Positions 12,813 through 25,448 are shown, counted from the stretch's first letter. The stretch: DNA of 64,000 bases from Octopus sinensis (GCF_006345805.1 NC_042997.1:211358001-211422000); one strand, 5' to 3'. Notes: generated by a model not told the origin, from the sequence alone. Numbers and translations: made by a program.

Positions 12813-14319
12813 CTGTAACAACAACAACAACAAACTGCAAATCATCATCATCATCATCATTTAACGTCCGCTTTCCATGCTGGCATGGGTTGGACGGTTC
12901 AACTGGGGTCTGGGAAGCCTGAAGGCTGCACCAGGCTCCAGTCTGATCTGGCAGTGTTTCTACAGCTGGATGCCCTTCCTAACGCCAACCACTCCGTGAG
13001 TGTAGCGGGTGCTTTTTACGTGCCACCGGCACAGGGGCCAGGGGAGGCTGGCAAACGGCCACGGTCGGATGGTGCTTTTTACGTGCCACCAGCACGGAGG
13101 CCAGTCGGGCGGCGCTGGCTACGGCCACGTTCGGATGGTTCTCTTACATGCCACCGGCACTGGTATGTGGCAATTATTCAGCAGTCATGATAAAACTCTG
13201 AGTTTTGGATGTTGTGGTGGAAACCCATGCCAGCATCTCTTCAGTTATCGGGCCATTGAAAAAAATTGCTAGGAAAATGACCGTTACAACAAAGGGAAAT
13301 TACTGTGTGATTGACATTATTAAGACAAAAGGGTTATTTGAATGACCACCACATTTTCCCTCTTTGTTTCTCTCTCCTTTCTCCCTCACTTTCCCACTCT
13401 CTTACTCTTCCTTTCTCTCGGACTCTCCCTCACTTTTTCTTACTCTCTATATTTCTCTCTCCCATTTATGAAAGGCAAAAGAACTTGGAGTATGTTGAGA
13501 AAGAAAATATTTTGAAAGATCAATCATAAATATCAGGCAGTGACAACGGAAAGTACCCTTAATTTTTGTACGTGCCACTATCTGAGCAATTAAAAATAAG
13601 GAATAAAAAGATTTCTTTGTTAAATTTAGTACTTATTTGGGGAATTTTTCAACGATTGACCTTGCAAATGAAAGTTCTAAACATGGGCTACATGTAGCTG
13701 TAAATTTCTTTCAGAAAAAATGAAAACTATAAACAATAAAAAATAAAAGGCAAAAATACGTAAAAATGAGAAATTTTTTTCAACTTCAAAAATCTTGCCT
13801 TAATTTTCAAAATTTGGAACCCATTTTCTGCGCTTAAATTACAAATCCTCTTCCACTTTACCGTGTTGAAAATTTACTATCCACAATTTACACATACATC
13901 ATCATCGTTTAACGTCCGCTTTCCAGGCTGGCATGGGTCGGGCGGTTCGACTGGGGTCTGGCAAGCCAGGAGGGTGCACCAGGTTCCAATCTGATCTGAC
14001 AGAGTTTCTACAGCTGGATGCCCTTCCTAACACCAACCACTCCAAGAGTGTAGTGAGTGCTTTTTACGTGCCACTGGCATGGATGGAATCCAGACAAAGC
14101 GGAACAGGTATTGGCCACATTCGGATGGTGCATTTTACATGCTACCAGCACAGGGCTCACACACTACAATACATATAATATATATACGTGCACGTGTATA
14201 TATCATCATCGTCATCATCCTCGTCGTCGTTTAACGTCCACTTTCCATGCTGGCATAGGTCGGACGGTTTGACTGAGGGGTGGTGAGCCAGCAGGCTGCA
14301 CCGGCTCCATACCGATCTG

Positions 14320-14572
14320 GCAATTTCTTTGGACTCCGACTAAACATTTTCCAAAGTTGGTTGATCATCTCTTCCGAAACTCCTGGCTGTCCAGATCCTT
14401 TTTTCCAACACAAACAGCCTTCCTCTTGAAGCTTCTTGTGCCACATCTAAATATACTTCCCTCTTGGTATTTGCTTATGAAATCTAACAAATACACGTTG
14501 CACATTCGCATTTGACGGAGTTTGGGCATGCTTCGATACACAAGACGCCTTTTTTGTTACAGTAAATGGCAT
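14320..14572 (-). mobile_element. Tc1/mariner transposase N-terminal HTH fragment (DUF4817-like), pseudogenised
   Basis: MPFTVTKKASCV...NVQRVFVRF...I*MWHKKLQEEGCLCWKKGSGQPGVSEE...FSRSPKK. Confidence 0.7.
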
Positions 14573-15282
14573 GTCTAATCTTGAAAAGAAAAACCTACAA
14601 AAGATCATATTTTAAAAATGGATTGAATTCTAGACATACTCTTTTACTTGTTTCAGTCATTTGACTGCGGCCATGCTGGAGCACCGCCTTTAGTCGAGCA
14701 AATTGACCCCAGGACTTATTCTTTGTAAGCCCAGTACTTATTCTATTGGTCTCTTTTGCCGAACCGCTAAGTGACGGGGACGTAAACACACCAGCATCGG
14801 TTGTCAAGCAATGCTAAGGAGACAATCACAGACACACAAACATATACATATATATACATATATACAACAGGCTTCTTTCAGTTTCTGTCAACCAAATGCA
14901 CTCACAAGACATTGGTCGGCCCGGGGCTATAGCAGAAGGCACTTGCCCAAGATGCCACGCAGTGGGACTGAACCCGGAACCATGTGGTTGGTTAGCAAGC
15001 TACTTACCACACAGTCACTCCTGCGCCAAATTTGAGACAATTTGGACGAAATGATGTCAAATTTTTGGGGACACATGTATATAGGTGTTAAATGGGCAGT
15101 ATGAGCAATGCTAGTTTATAACTGGTACTTAGTATATTGACCCTGACAGGATGAAAGGTAAAGATGAACTTGGTGGAAACAGAATGCAAAACGTAAAGAC
15201 AGATGGTATGCCACTAAGGTTTTTGGCCCCGAGCGCTAACGATTCTGCCAACTCACTTCCTGAATCATTGTCTTGTGATTGT

Positions 15283-15513
15283 TTAACCCTTTCGTTACCA
15301 ACCTGGCTGAAACCGGCTCTGGCTCTTTAGTAAAAAATGTCTTGTTTTCATAAGTTTTGAATTAAAATCTTCCACCAAACCTTAGTCACAATTTATGTTC
15401 CTGACACTATCTTAATGATGACGAAGTTATTTTACTAAATTCTTTGTTATATCTAAAATTAATTGAAAGAAAAACAGAGCATCTCAAAAGAAATTCGGTA
15501 ACGAAAGGGTTAA
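15283..15513. mobile_element. piggyBac-type MITE with TTAA TSD (also 35955-36182, 59490-59688, 59701-59931; second family 62081-62308)
   Basis: TTAA-CCCTTTCGTTACC...GGTAACGAAAGGG-TTAA terminal inverted repeats. Confidence 0.9.
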
Positions 15514-15579
15514 CATGTGACACATAACGAATTCCACCAAAAGAACAAAATTAACAGTAAAACCAAACTGAATTCCTAC

Positions 15580-15896
15580 CTTGCTGCACCTGAGAGTTTG
15601 TTCTTTGCACTGTGGTCAGTTTGGTCCGTGGAGACAGCATTGGCAACCAGAAGCAAACGGCTCGAGACATCAGAGATGCTGTCCAGTTTCTCCATAATTT
15701 GTGTCTTGGCAGTTAGGTCGGGAGTCATATCAGCAACAAGTCCTACGCTGCTAACAAATTCTTCATAAGCATTCTTGTACAAACCTGATGATTCAATAAG
15801 GTAATCAGACGGTTGGCTGGAACAAGCAATAATTTTACTTGCTGCCATATCCAAGTTCTTTGCTGCCGAGCTCATCCGTCTCAAGGACGACGTTCG
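15580..15896 (-). CDS. Talin rod R6-like exon M within the ANKRD26-like gene (317 nt, phase 0 to 2)
   Basis: tttacag|CGA...GCA AG|gtagga. RMSSAAKNLDMAAS...LDSISDVSSRLLLVANAVSTD...AKNKLSGAAR aligns without gaps to talin-1 RLNEAAAGLNQAAT...LKGISMSSSKLLLAAKALSTD...LKSQLAAAAR (recalled sequence). Confidence 0.85.
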
Positions 15897-16819
15897 CTGT
15901 AAATACTGAAGATTACACACACTTTATCAACACCTTCCATTCATTTCAACATTTAACAAAGCTCTTAAGTAATGGTGGGTGGCAAGGGGTTGTGCTGGTG
16001 GGTGGTGGGGGTGATGGATGATGGGAGGGGGTTGATTGTGGAGACTATTGGGGGTTGGTAGAAGTTTTGGCAGGTGGTGGGGGTTGGTGGAGTTGTTGTG
16101 GTGGTGAGGGTTGATGGTGGTGGGTGATGGTTGTGGTGGTTATGGTGGGAAGAGGATGGAGGGTTGGTGGTGGTTGTGATAGTATGTGGTGGGGGTTGAT
16201 GGGTAGTGGTACCTATTTCATCAGTCCTAATCCATTCCATGGTGCAGTAAATCCATGTTTTAACCTCTTTCACCATTCCACCAATACACAAGGTGATTCA
16301 AAGATCCTTTAACATTGAAATGATATAAATTTCATTCCTTTCTTTCTCACAATTCTATTTCCATATATTTTTAATACTTTCTTCCCTATTTTATCGGAAT
16401 TCCAAGAAACACACAATTCCAAGAAAAAGGGAACGGTTAATGTGGAATCTACAGCTCTTGTACTCTGACTAGAAATTCTCATTTGCACCCAGCATCATAA
16501 ATGCAATAGGATACGTATCTACAGATTTACACCTACAATTACCAGAATTAATATTAAGCATTTAGTGTTTAAACTGGCCGTTTCCGGCCCAAATATTCTA
16601 CATATTTTATATTCAAATGGGCGATACTAGCCTCTCACTCTTAACCTACATTGACATTGAAATCTCAGAGCTATAAGCTAACGCATGATTAATTAAAAAC
16701 AATTTGAGTGAAAATTTATTACATTTAACAGAGTAGTCTGAAAATTAACACTGCGACAGAACTGTTCCCACGATGGGAACAGTTTTACATTTTTCAGATG
16801 CCTTTTAGCTAGGCCGAAA

Positions 16820-17552
16820 TAATGTCTTCACCATTTGACCCTTTCTAACCTCTTCAACTTCACCAAAAGCTAGAATAGAGATAACAAGACCACCAACTAA
16901 ATCTGTTGTTCTCAATGATGTATCTATCCTTCTGGATCCTTATATAAGCAAGCACATCCCAAGCAAAAATCAGTTAGTCACAGTCGTGACGACTCAACGG
17001 AGTTAGTCACTTGTCGACAGCTGAACGAGGCAGCTTGTGACAACTCAATTAGTTAAGGAAAGGACTGCTAGAATCATGATCACAAGGAATGTAGCTACTA
17101 AAGATAATGGTCAGCGAGAGAAATGAAGTTGACTGTCAGACAATATGGCCAGAGGAAAAAGAAAGACAACTTCCCACACTCTCTCACTAGCTCCAATTCT
17201 GTTCTCTTACAACATCAGTCTATCTCTCTCTGTATTTACTACTAATCAATGAAGAGGACACAATCACAAACTTTACTTCACATGCTTTTGGATGTGTCAA
17301 AACCTGCCTGTCGAGGCTAGGTATTGTAACGTAACGGTAAATAAATACTTTCTTAAAACTTCATGCATTGTCCATCTTTCACATCTTACAGTATGCTGTC
17401 ATAACAACAAATAATTATCGTCACAACAGCTCACTCCAACATCATCATCATAATGTTTACCAAACAACTTTTTATCATTACAATTGTTGACTCCAACACC
17501 AATACCATATTGTTTACTAATCAATCTCTGCCATTACAATTGGTGACCCTCG
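16820..17552 (+). mobile_element. Possible Ty3/gypsy LTR with tRNA-Trp-like primer binding site
   Basis: TATATAA at ~16941, AATAAA at ~17340, then ...TTACA-at-TGGTGACCC (17541-17549). The left boundary is a guess and no second LTR was found. Confidence 0.4.
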
Positions 17553-18221
17553 AACGAGAGCATTGCAGCCTTCCTAAGAACCAGCCGTTACGAACTGGCA
17601 ACCCCAATGTTGCACCATAACAAGCTACAAAAACTAAAAACTTTATCGTCACAACTTGGTGAACCCGTGGAAAGAGAATCGCTACCTTCCGATGCTACAT
17701 GCCGCTGCATTTTAACTGATTCGAACTAAAGAACTAGAGTATCAACAGTCGCTGAACCAAAGAAAAAGAATTCGTCACCACCAAGATGCACCCTCCATCG
17801 ACCTACTGCAAAAAGCGCTATATTGCGATGCAATCAATGATGCACTTCACAACAATGCAACACTGCCGACGCACAAGGTATTTGCCGACCATGAAAGCCT
17901 ATACGTGCAACGTTTTCACAGCTTCGTGCCCAGAAACTAACTGGAAGAAATTACGGAAGCCGGCACAAACAACGTTTTCGGCACACTCACGCTTTTCGTC
18001 TCGTCCTGACGTACAAACCCTGCACTGTCTATGAAGCTTCGCTCGTACGTAAACTCTCACATAGACTTTCAACAACTTTTTGTTTGCATGCACATCTTTT
18101 CACTTTCAGCTGTAGACTTTTAACAAAGGACACTATTTCCAGCTAAGTTTGCTATTTTCGCTTTTCTATTGTCGTTTGCACTGCACACTTTCATTTGTCT
18201 ACGAGTCACACGTTCTGCACA

Positions 18222-18600
18222 TGGAAGCACTCCGTCGGTTACGACGACGAGGGTTCCGGTTGATCCGAATCAACGGAACAGCCTGCTCGTGAAATTAACG
18301 TGTAAGTGGCTGAGCACTCCACAGACACGTGTACCCTTAACGTAGTTCTCGGGGATATTCAGCGTGACACAGAGAGTGACAAGGCCGGCCCCTTTGAAAT
18401 ACAGGTACAACAGAAACAGGAAGTAAGAGTGAGAGAAAGTTGTGGTGAAAGAGTACAGCAGGGATCACCACCATCCCCTGCCGGAGCCTCGTGGAGCTTT
18501 AGGTGTTTTCGCTCAATAAACACTCACAACGCCCGGTCTGGGAATCGAAACCGCGATCCTATGACCGCGAGTCCGCTGCCCTAACCACTGGGCCATTGCG
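18222..18600 (-). mobile_element. tRNA-Arg(TCG)-derived SINE, octopus OR1/OR2-like (also 45575-45956 +, 58503-58883 +, 40915-41211 - with a different tail)
   Basis: Head gcaatggcccagtggttagggcagcggacTCGc..gtttcgattccc. TSDs: ctttgagtagc(g/a)ctg around the 45.6 kb copy and aaaattattaatg around the 58.5 kb copy. Confidence 0.9.
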
Positions 18601-19157
18601 CAATGCACAAATTCTGCGACGACTCATTTCACTAAAACAGCTTAATTCATGTGCATATCTTTTTGCATGTACTTTATTATTATTCATATTTTGCATGTAC
18701 TTTATTATTATTCATATTTTGCATGTACTTTTTTTCGTTCTCTTTGAAAATGTTTGTATTGTTGCCTACACCTTTCCTCATAGCCTGGCCTTGCACACGC
18801 ATCTGCACACATTGTTCATATGCATACATGTTGACACAGTCACATTCATGCACCACGCATGCCTATCCTGCTTGTTTTCCATGCTCAATGCACCCTTGTA
18901 GACACAACTCAGAACTGAGAGAAACCTGCAGATTAGGGTCCAGATAATCGTTTGTTCCTCTTATCATATGGGCACCAAGCTATATAACAACAAATTTGTA
19001 TAGAAACAATAAAACTACTTGGATTCCTCAACAAAGAAAAGAGCAGAGAGATTAGCATTTTCCAGATTCAATGGATTGGAACAAAAGGTGAACAGTTATA
19101 AGACAAGTCAGGGATTCTCCATTTGAGGTTCCGGAGCTGAATTCAAGCACACAACAA

Positions 19158-19640
19158 CATCATCATCATCATCATCATCGTTTAGCGTCCGCTTTCCATG
19201 CTAGCATGGGTTGGACGGGTCAACTGGGGTCTGTGAAGCTGGAAGGCTTCGTCAGGCCCAGTCAGATCTGGCAGTGTTTCTACGGCTGGATGCCCTTCCT
19301 AACGCCAACCACTCCGCGAGTGTAGTGGGTGCTTTTTACATGCCACCTGCACAGGTGCCAGACAGAGCTGGCGAACGGCCACGAACGGAGGGTGCTTTTA
19401 CGTGTCACCGGCACAGGGCCAGGCGATGCTGGCAACGGACACGAACGGATGGTGCTTTTACATGCCACCGACACGGGGCCAGACAGAGCTGGCAACCGGC
19501 CACGAACGGACGGTGCTTTTACGTGTCACCGGCACGGGGGCCAGCCGAGGCTGGCAACGGACACGAACGGATGGTGCTTTTACGTGCCACCGACACGGTT
19601 GCCAGACAGAGCTGGCAAACGGCCACGAGCGGACGGTGCT
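19158..19640 (-). mobile_element. 5'-truncated RTE 3'UTR with five ~61-bp internal tandem units; dominant repeat of the window (e.g. 10000, 12840, 23540, 29640, 38170, 51430, 54075, 63320)
   Basis: (GAT)n tail and conserved gtggttggcgttaggaagggcatccagc. The copy at 29640-30200 is joined to the ORF2 end LTEEMT.DRDLWKYAV. Confidence 0.88.
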
Positions 19641-21584
19641 GGAATACATAGACCTACACACACACACGCATTCATATACGTAAAGAAAAGACGAGAGACC
19701 CATTCTTACCCTAAGAATGAGTTAATATAACGGTAATCTTGGTGGCAGGTATACTTAGTTCAGGTGTCCGGCATAGAGACTGGGTGGTGGCTAAAGGAGT
19801 ATGGGAAAGAAGTGGACAAGCTGTCCTGAAATCCCTGTGAAGTTTAATGAATGCAGTAAGGGTGACAGACAGACAGAGATGGCATGCATTAAGCTCAACT
19901 GTTTGCCAGTTTATATAAATGCTAAACAGACTTTTGAATCCTCCACCACCTTGTTCGCAACAACAATAAATCCTGTTTCATAAAAAAAAGAAATGTATAG
20001 AATCAAAGTTAGTTTTACCATTGTCATTAATTAAACATTTAATTTAATAACAATATATAAATGAATCCAGGCAGAGTGCAAGACTAATTAGAAAGTTCAA
20101 TTATTATAGAAACATGTAAAAAAAAAAACAAAAAAAAAGGCAGCTCATTCAATGTTAGTAAAGTTAAAGTTAATTGTTATGGTTTATTGTTTTCAAAAGA
20201 TTTCGGAAATCTTGCACAATGGAACAACATGCAGAACCCAGAAACACATGGAATAAGGGAAATAAATAATAAAAGAAATGGTTGGTTCTTTTATCTGGGA
20301 AATGGTTTAGTCTCAGACAAAATCTTTGTAAATAATTCTGATGACAGGTGAATGGTAATAAACCAGAATTCAAGGTATGAAAGATAACCAAAGCAAAATT
20401 GTGGGAAAAGGAAAATTAAACTATATTAAACATAAAACTTTCAAAATAAGACATAAAAGTAAAAACAAAAAAAAACATTATGAAGTAAAAAGTCTGGAGG
20501 AAATCATCATCATCATCGTTGAAAATCTGTCTTCTTCCATTGTGGCATTGGTTGGATGATCTGACAGATCTGAAGACTACATCATGCTGCAATACCTGCT
20601 TTGGCATCATTTCTATGGCTGGATGCCTTTCCAAATGCCTGCCACTTTACAGAATGGACCGGGTGCTCTTCTTCATGGCACCAGCACTAGTGAGGTCACC
20701 AGGTAATAAGCAGGACTAAGATCTCTTTTAACTGAGAGGGCCAACAGTAGAAAGTAAGGCAGCTTTAGGGTATGAGATGAGGGATTAAAGTGTGTGAAGA
20801 GGGGTCAGAACAGAACAGGGTTCTTGCTGTAGAGGAGGTACATGGCTAGTGACATCGTAGAAGAGTGGGTGGGAATGTCTAGGAATTGTGCTGGAAAGAG
20901 AGATAAAAATAGGGGTGGTGAGGTGTCAGGTTGGACCCTTAAGGTATGAGGTAAATAGATACATGGTGGGTAGCGGTTGCAGGAGTGCATGGGAGGATGA
21001 GAGATAGGGAACGGGTGAGAAGATAAATATACTGAAGGACAAGTGTTGAAGGATGATAAGCAAGGAAGGTAAGGAAAAGGAGGTGACAACTGTAGAGACT
21101 GAGAAGAAGATAGAGGGGTGGATGAGGGGCAGTGGGTAACCAATGACACACATGAGTTGGGGGAGGAGTAGGAGATAAGTGACAGTGCAGAAAAAGGTGT
21201 GGGAGGGTGAGCAGCGGTAGAATTGTAAGAGTGATATGGTGGACAAGGGAAAGATGAGAGAGGATGAGAGTCAGAGAGAGAGAGAGATAATGGTGATGAT
21301 GATGTGAGGTTGAGGGTGATCAATGTAAAATGCAGGTGGAGATGATCATGGTTCGTTCCCATTAATCTTCCCCCCTCTTACTGTATAGCCATACTGTAAT
21401 ATTATTGCCATAATCTGGTTAGAGCCGGTTCTTGGCAGATAGAATGACTTTCATAATTATTACCAGGAACAATTAAGCTTATTAATAAATTCTCTTGAAA
21501 GTTGTAAAAAAAAAAAGAAGAAGATATGAAATAAAACAATAAAAGCTGAACAAAAGAGAAGAAGCAACCTCTTCTTGGACCAAC

Positions 21585-21949
21585 CTCTTCTTGATCGACT
21601 TTTATTGATGTCATATTGGTTGTTGTGGTGTTAAGCCTGGCACCAGTAACATCTGTTTTTGGTAAATTGGTAGAATTAGCAGGGGAATCCCAATCACTAT
21701 CTTCATCACCACTGTCAGACTCTTTATTCAAAGACATTTGACACAAAAAATCTTTGGAATTATGCTGATTAGATTCACTTTTTGGTTGATTCGACTCATT
21801 TTTATGGTGGTTCGACTCATTCGTATCATAATTCGGTGGCGACGATAAACACGAAGAATCCCAATCATTCTTCGTAATCAAAGGTTTGTGAGAGATTAAA
21901 TCCTTATTTTGTTTACAATCACCATTGCTTTCATCCTTCTCTCCAAAAT
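21585..21949 (-). CDS. ANKRD26: ANKRD26-like exon L, acidic low-complexity (365 nt, phase 1 to 0)
   Basis: ttttatag|AT TTT GGA...GAA GAG|gttggt. Encodes FGEKDESNGD...NDWDSS...NESNHHK NESNQPK SESNQHN...EDSDWDSP...KVDQEE. Donor position is less certain (a duplicate donor lies at 21569). Confidence 0.75.
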
Positions 21950-22358
21950 CTATAAAAATATAAAGAAAAAGAGAATTCATGTCAGTTGAAACTTTGTTGA
22001 ACGGTTCTATTGGCTATGGCACAGATTCTTTGCTCTTTTACTTGCTTCAGTCATTTGACTGCAGCCATACTGGAGCACCACCTTTAATCGAACAAACCCA
22101 CACCAGGACTTATTCTTTGTGAGCCCAGCACTTGGAGTCAATGGCTTTATATATAACACCATACTGCAAACATTTTCTCTTTTACTTGTTTCAGTCATTT
22201 GACTGCGGCCATGCTGGAGCACCGCCTTTAGTCAAGCAACTCGTAAGCCCAGTACTTATTCTATCGGTCTCTTTTGCCGAACCGCTAAGTGACGGACACA
22301 TAAACACACCAACATCAGTTGTCAAGTGATGCTAGGGGGACAAACACAAACATACACG

Positions 22359-22416
<58 letters not shown>

Positions 22417-22949
22417 TATATATATATATATACACATATACGACAGGCTTTTTTCAGTTTCCGTCTACCAAATCCACTCACAAGGCTTTGGTCGGCCCGA
22501 GGCTATATAGAAGACACTTGCCCAAGGTGTCAGTCATGCAGTGGGACTGAACCCGGAACCATGTGGTTGGTAGGCAAGCTACTTACCACACAGCCACTCC
22601 TGCGCCTGTAATCACATATAAATATTTAATCACATATAATTATCACCATGGTTTTCAAACTCCTAAAAAGATAATACATACACATAAAAACAAAGAAGGT
22701 AAAAATATATAATTGAATAAAATACAAATAGAACGGCTTATCAAAAATATAAACAACCAAAAAACTAACAGACAAAATATAAAATAAATGTCCAATGACT
22801 AATTATCAAACAATTAAAGATATTTTTTTTAATATTTGAAAAAAGTCTTTTTACTCCCCTCACACAAGTACGTCCAAATAAACAGATTTTCACAGGTCAA
22901 ATTGACACACATTTTGGGAGTTGACCACTGTGTTTCAATTGCACTAAGG

Positions 22950-23290
22950 TGCATCACAGCGATGACCCTCTCATCAAGATGAACATAAAACAGGATAGAC
23001 ACACAGAGCAAAATTTCCACCAGAAGAATGCCTCCAGGGCCCTTTGCCCATTGAACTTGCTTCTATTAACAGATGCAATAATGGAGGCCAAAGATGGCAT
23101 TACTGAGTAAGAGAATCTCATAGAAGACTTATTGCAAATGCTGTAGAATTTATGATTCTTTGGGAAGTTCTCCTTCAGAATCCTAAAAAACACTCAAATT
23201 GACTCGTATTTAATGTTTGTTCTGTAACCAATGCTTCTTTATCTTCGTCTCATTAATATTTGAGCACTTCTTTTGCAGTCCTATAAACCC
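22950..23290 (-). mobile_element. Penelope-like element ORF remnant (RT to GIY-YIG linker)
   Basis: FRILKENFPKNHKFYSICNKSSMRFSYSVMPSLASII matches the PLE motif L..HFP..HKL.KIFN..T.K.SYSCMPN..SII (recalled). Confidence 0.6.
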
Positions 23291-23783
23291 TTTTGTTTTT
23301 GTGGATTTATTGTGTAAGTAAAATTGCATAATTTATTAACAGTGAAACAATTGTCTGGGGTTAATCTATATTTTTCTTATTTTTCATTTGTCCTGCTCGC
23401 TTACATTTCATAGTGTGCTAAATTTTTCTCGAGAACAATTCTTAGTGGTTGAGTCCCTTTGCAGATCTATTTTTAGCATAAGAGCGTCCACATAGTGGAT
23501 TCTCTCTCATATTTGTGTATAAATATATATGTATATATCATCATCATCATCATTTAGCGTCCGCTTTCCATGCTAGCATGGGTTGGACGGTTCAACTGGG
23601 GTCTGTGAAGCCAGAAGGCTGCATCAGGCCCAGTCTGATCTGGCAGTGTTTCTACGGCTGGATGCCCTTCCTAACGCCAACCACTCCGTGAGTGTAGTGG
23701 GTGCTTTTACGTGCCACCCGCACAGGTGCCAGACAGAGCTGGCAAATGGCCACGGACGGATGGTGCTTTTTACGTGCCACCGG

Positions 23784-23833
<50 letters not shown>

Positions 23834-25363
23834 TATATGTATATATATAAATAAATAAATATATATATACACACACACATATATATATATATGATGGGCT
23901 TCTTTCAGTTTCTGGCTACCAAATCCACTCACATGATTTTGGTCAGCCTGAGACTAGAGAAGACAATTGCCCAAGGTATCACACAATGGAACTGAACCCA
24001 GAACCATGTGGTTGGTAAGCAAGCTACTTACCACACAGCCACTCAGGTGCTCTTGTTGCATAAAATAGCAGACAATGATCCTGTTTTACAGCTGACATGA
24101 AACGAACCAAGATGGGTTTCAAAGGGAGCCAAGTGTTAACAAAAGTTCTAGAGAGAAGAGGTAGACACTTATGAAACAATGCAGCAGAGGAATGTTTAGA
24201 AACATTCCGTTGTGTAAACTCAACAAACTCAGAGGCATCTGTGTGCCATATATAATGTACATACACCATTGAAAAGAAAGTGGCTTTAGTTCTTGTTTGA
24301 GATCAAATCTATTTGTAAACAGGTTGTATTACAAGCAGAATATACATCAGAGTGTAAAACCATATTCTAGTAGAAATGGCTCACAAAAATGTCAGATGTA
24401 TTTTTTGAGCTGCCTGGTTCAGGAATCAAACCTACAATCTAATGCTTCATCACCATCATCATTCAATGCCAGTTTTCCCTGCTGGCATGGGTTGGACGGT
24501 TTGACCAGAGCTGGAAATGCCAGAGGTCTGCATCAGGTTCCATTATCTGTATTGGCACATTTCTACAGCTGGATGCCCTTCCTAATGCCAACTACTCTGA
24601 GAGTGTAGTAAGTGAGTTTTACATGTCACTGGCACAGGAGCCAATCAGGCCATGCTCAAATGGTGCTTATTATGTGCCACTGGCATGGGTGTCAGTCAAG
24701 CAGCACAAGCATCAGTCACGCTTGACTGGTGCTTTTCACGTGCTACCAGCACAGGTATCACTGGGTGTGTGTATATAAATATATGACAGACTTCCATACA
24801 ATTTCTATCTACAATTTCACTCACAAGGCCATTGGTCAGGCAGTGCTACAACAGAAAACACCAGCTCATGGTGCCACATTCTGGGACTGAACCCAAAACT
24901 GCAGGACTAAAGAAAAGCAAATCTCTATGCATACAACCAACAAATACTTGTATCAATCAAAATCAAAATGGAAATTGTAGTTGTGGCCAATGCCAGTGCC
25001 ATCTGACTGGCTCCCCGTGCCAGTGACATGTAAAAAGCACCATCCAAACATGGTCGATGCCAGTGCCCCTTGACTGGCCCTCATGCTGGTGGCCTGTAAA
25101 AAGGACCCACAACACTCTAGGAGTGGTTGGCATTAAGAAGGGCATCCAGCTGTAGAAACATTGCCAGATCAGATTGAATCCTGGTGCAGCCTACTGGTTC
25201 GCCAGCCCTCAGTCAAACCGTCCAACCCATGCCAGCATGGAAAGCAGATGTTAAACGATGATGATGATGAATCATGATGAACAATTAATTGTAAACTTTA
25301 TCCATTATTATTCTTAATGCAACAAGATCCATTTCCATGTAGGAATAAGTAAATCTGACTCAC

Positions 25364-25448
25364 AGTTGGTATCGGAATGGAAGAGATTTTGTTGAGGCTT
25401 CGACTGAACCCTTTCATTAAACGCAGCAAAGAGATCTTCGTTGAATAA
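25364..25448 (-). CDS. ANKRD26: ANKRD26-like exon K (85 nt, phase 0 to 1)
   Basis: cacttttcag|TTA TTC...AAC T|gtgagt. Encodes LFNEDLFAAFNERVQSKPQQNLFHSDTN; bridges the phases of J and L. Confidence 0.75.

Noticed and set aside
19328-19640. CRISPR-like repeat/spacer appearance of the ~61-bp units
   Set aside because: The variable parts are only 5-12 nt loops, the array is inside an RTE 3'UTR present in many copies, there are no cas genes, and the context is eukaryotic.
19211-19730. Overlapping ORFs such as MDGSTGVCEA... and MLFTCHRHR... (also at 12885, 23583, 29804, 51438, 63368)
   Set aside because: These are translations of the GC-rich RTE 3'UTR repeat, open in several frames at once, with no splice context.
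19920-19972. Possible extra exon (G)FIVVANKVVEDSK using the phase-1 donor of exon L
   Set aside because: Good acceptor but weak donor, no homology, and not needed for frame continuity.
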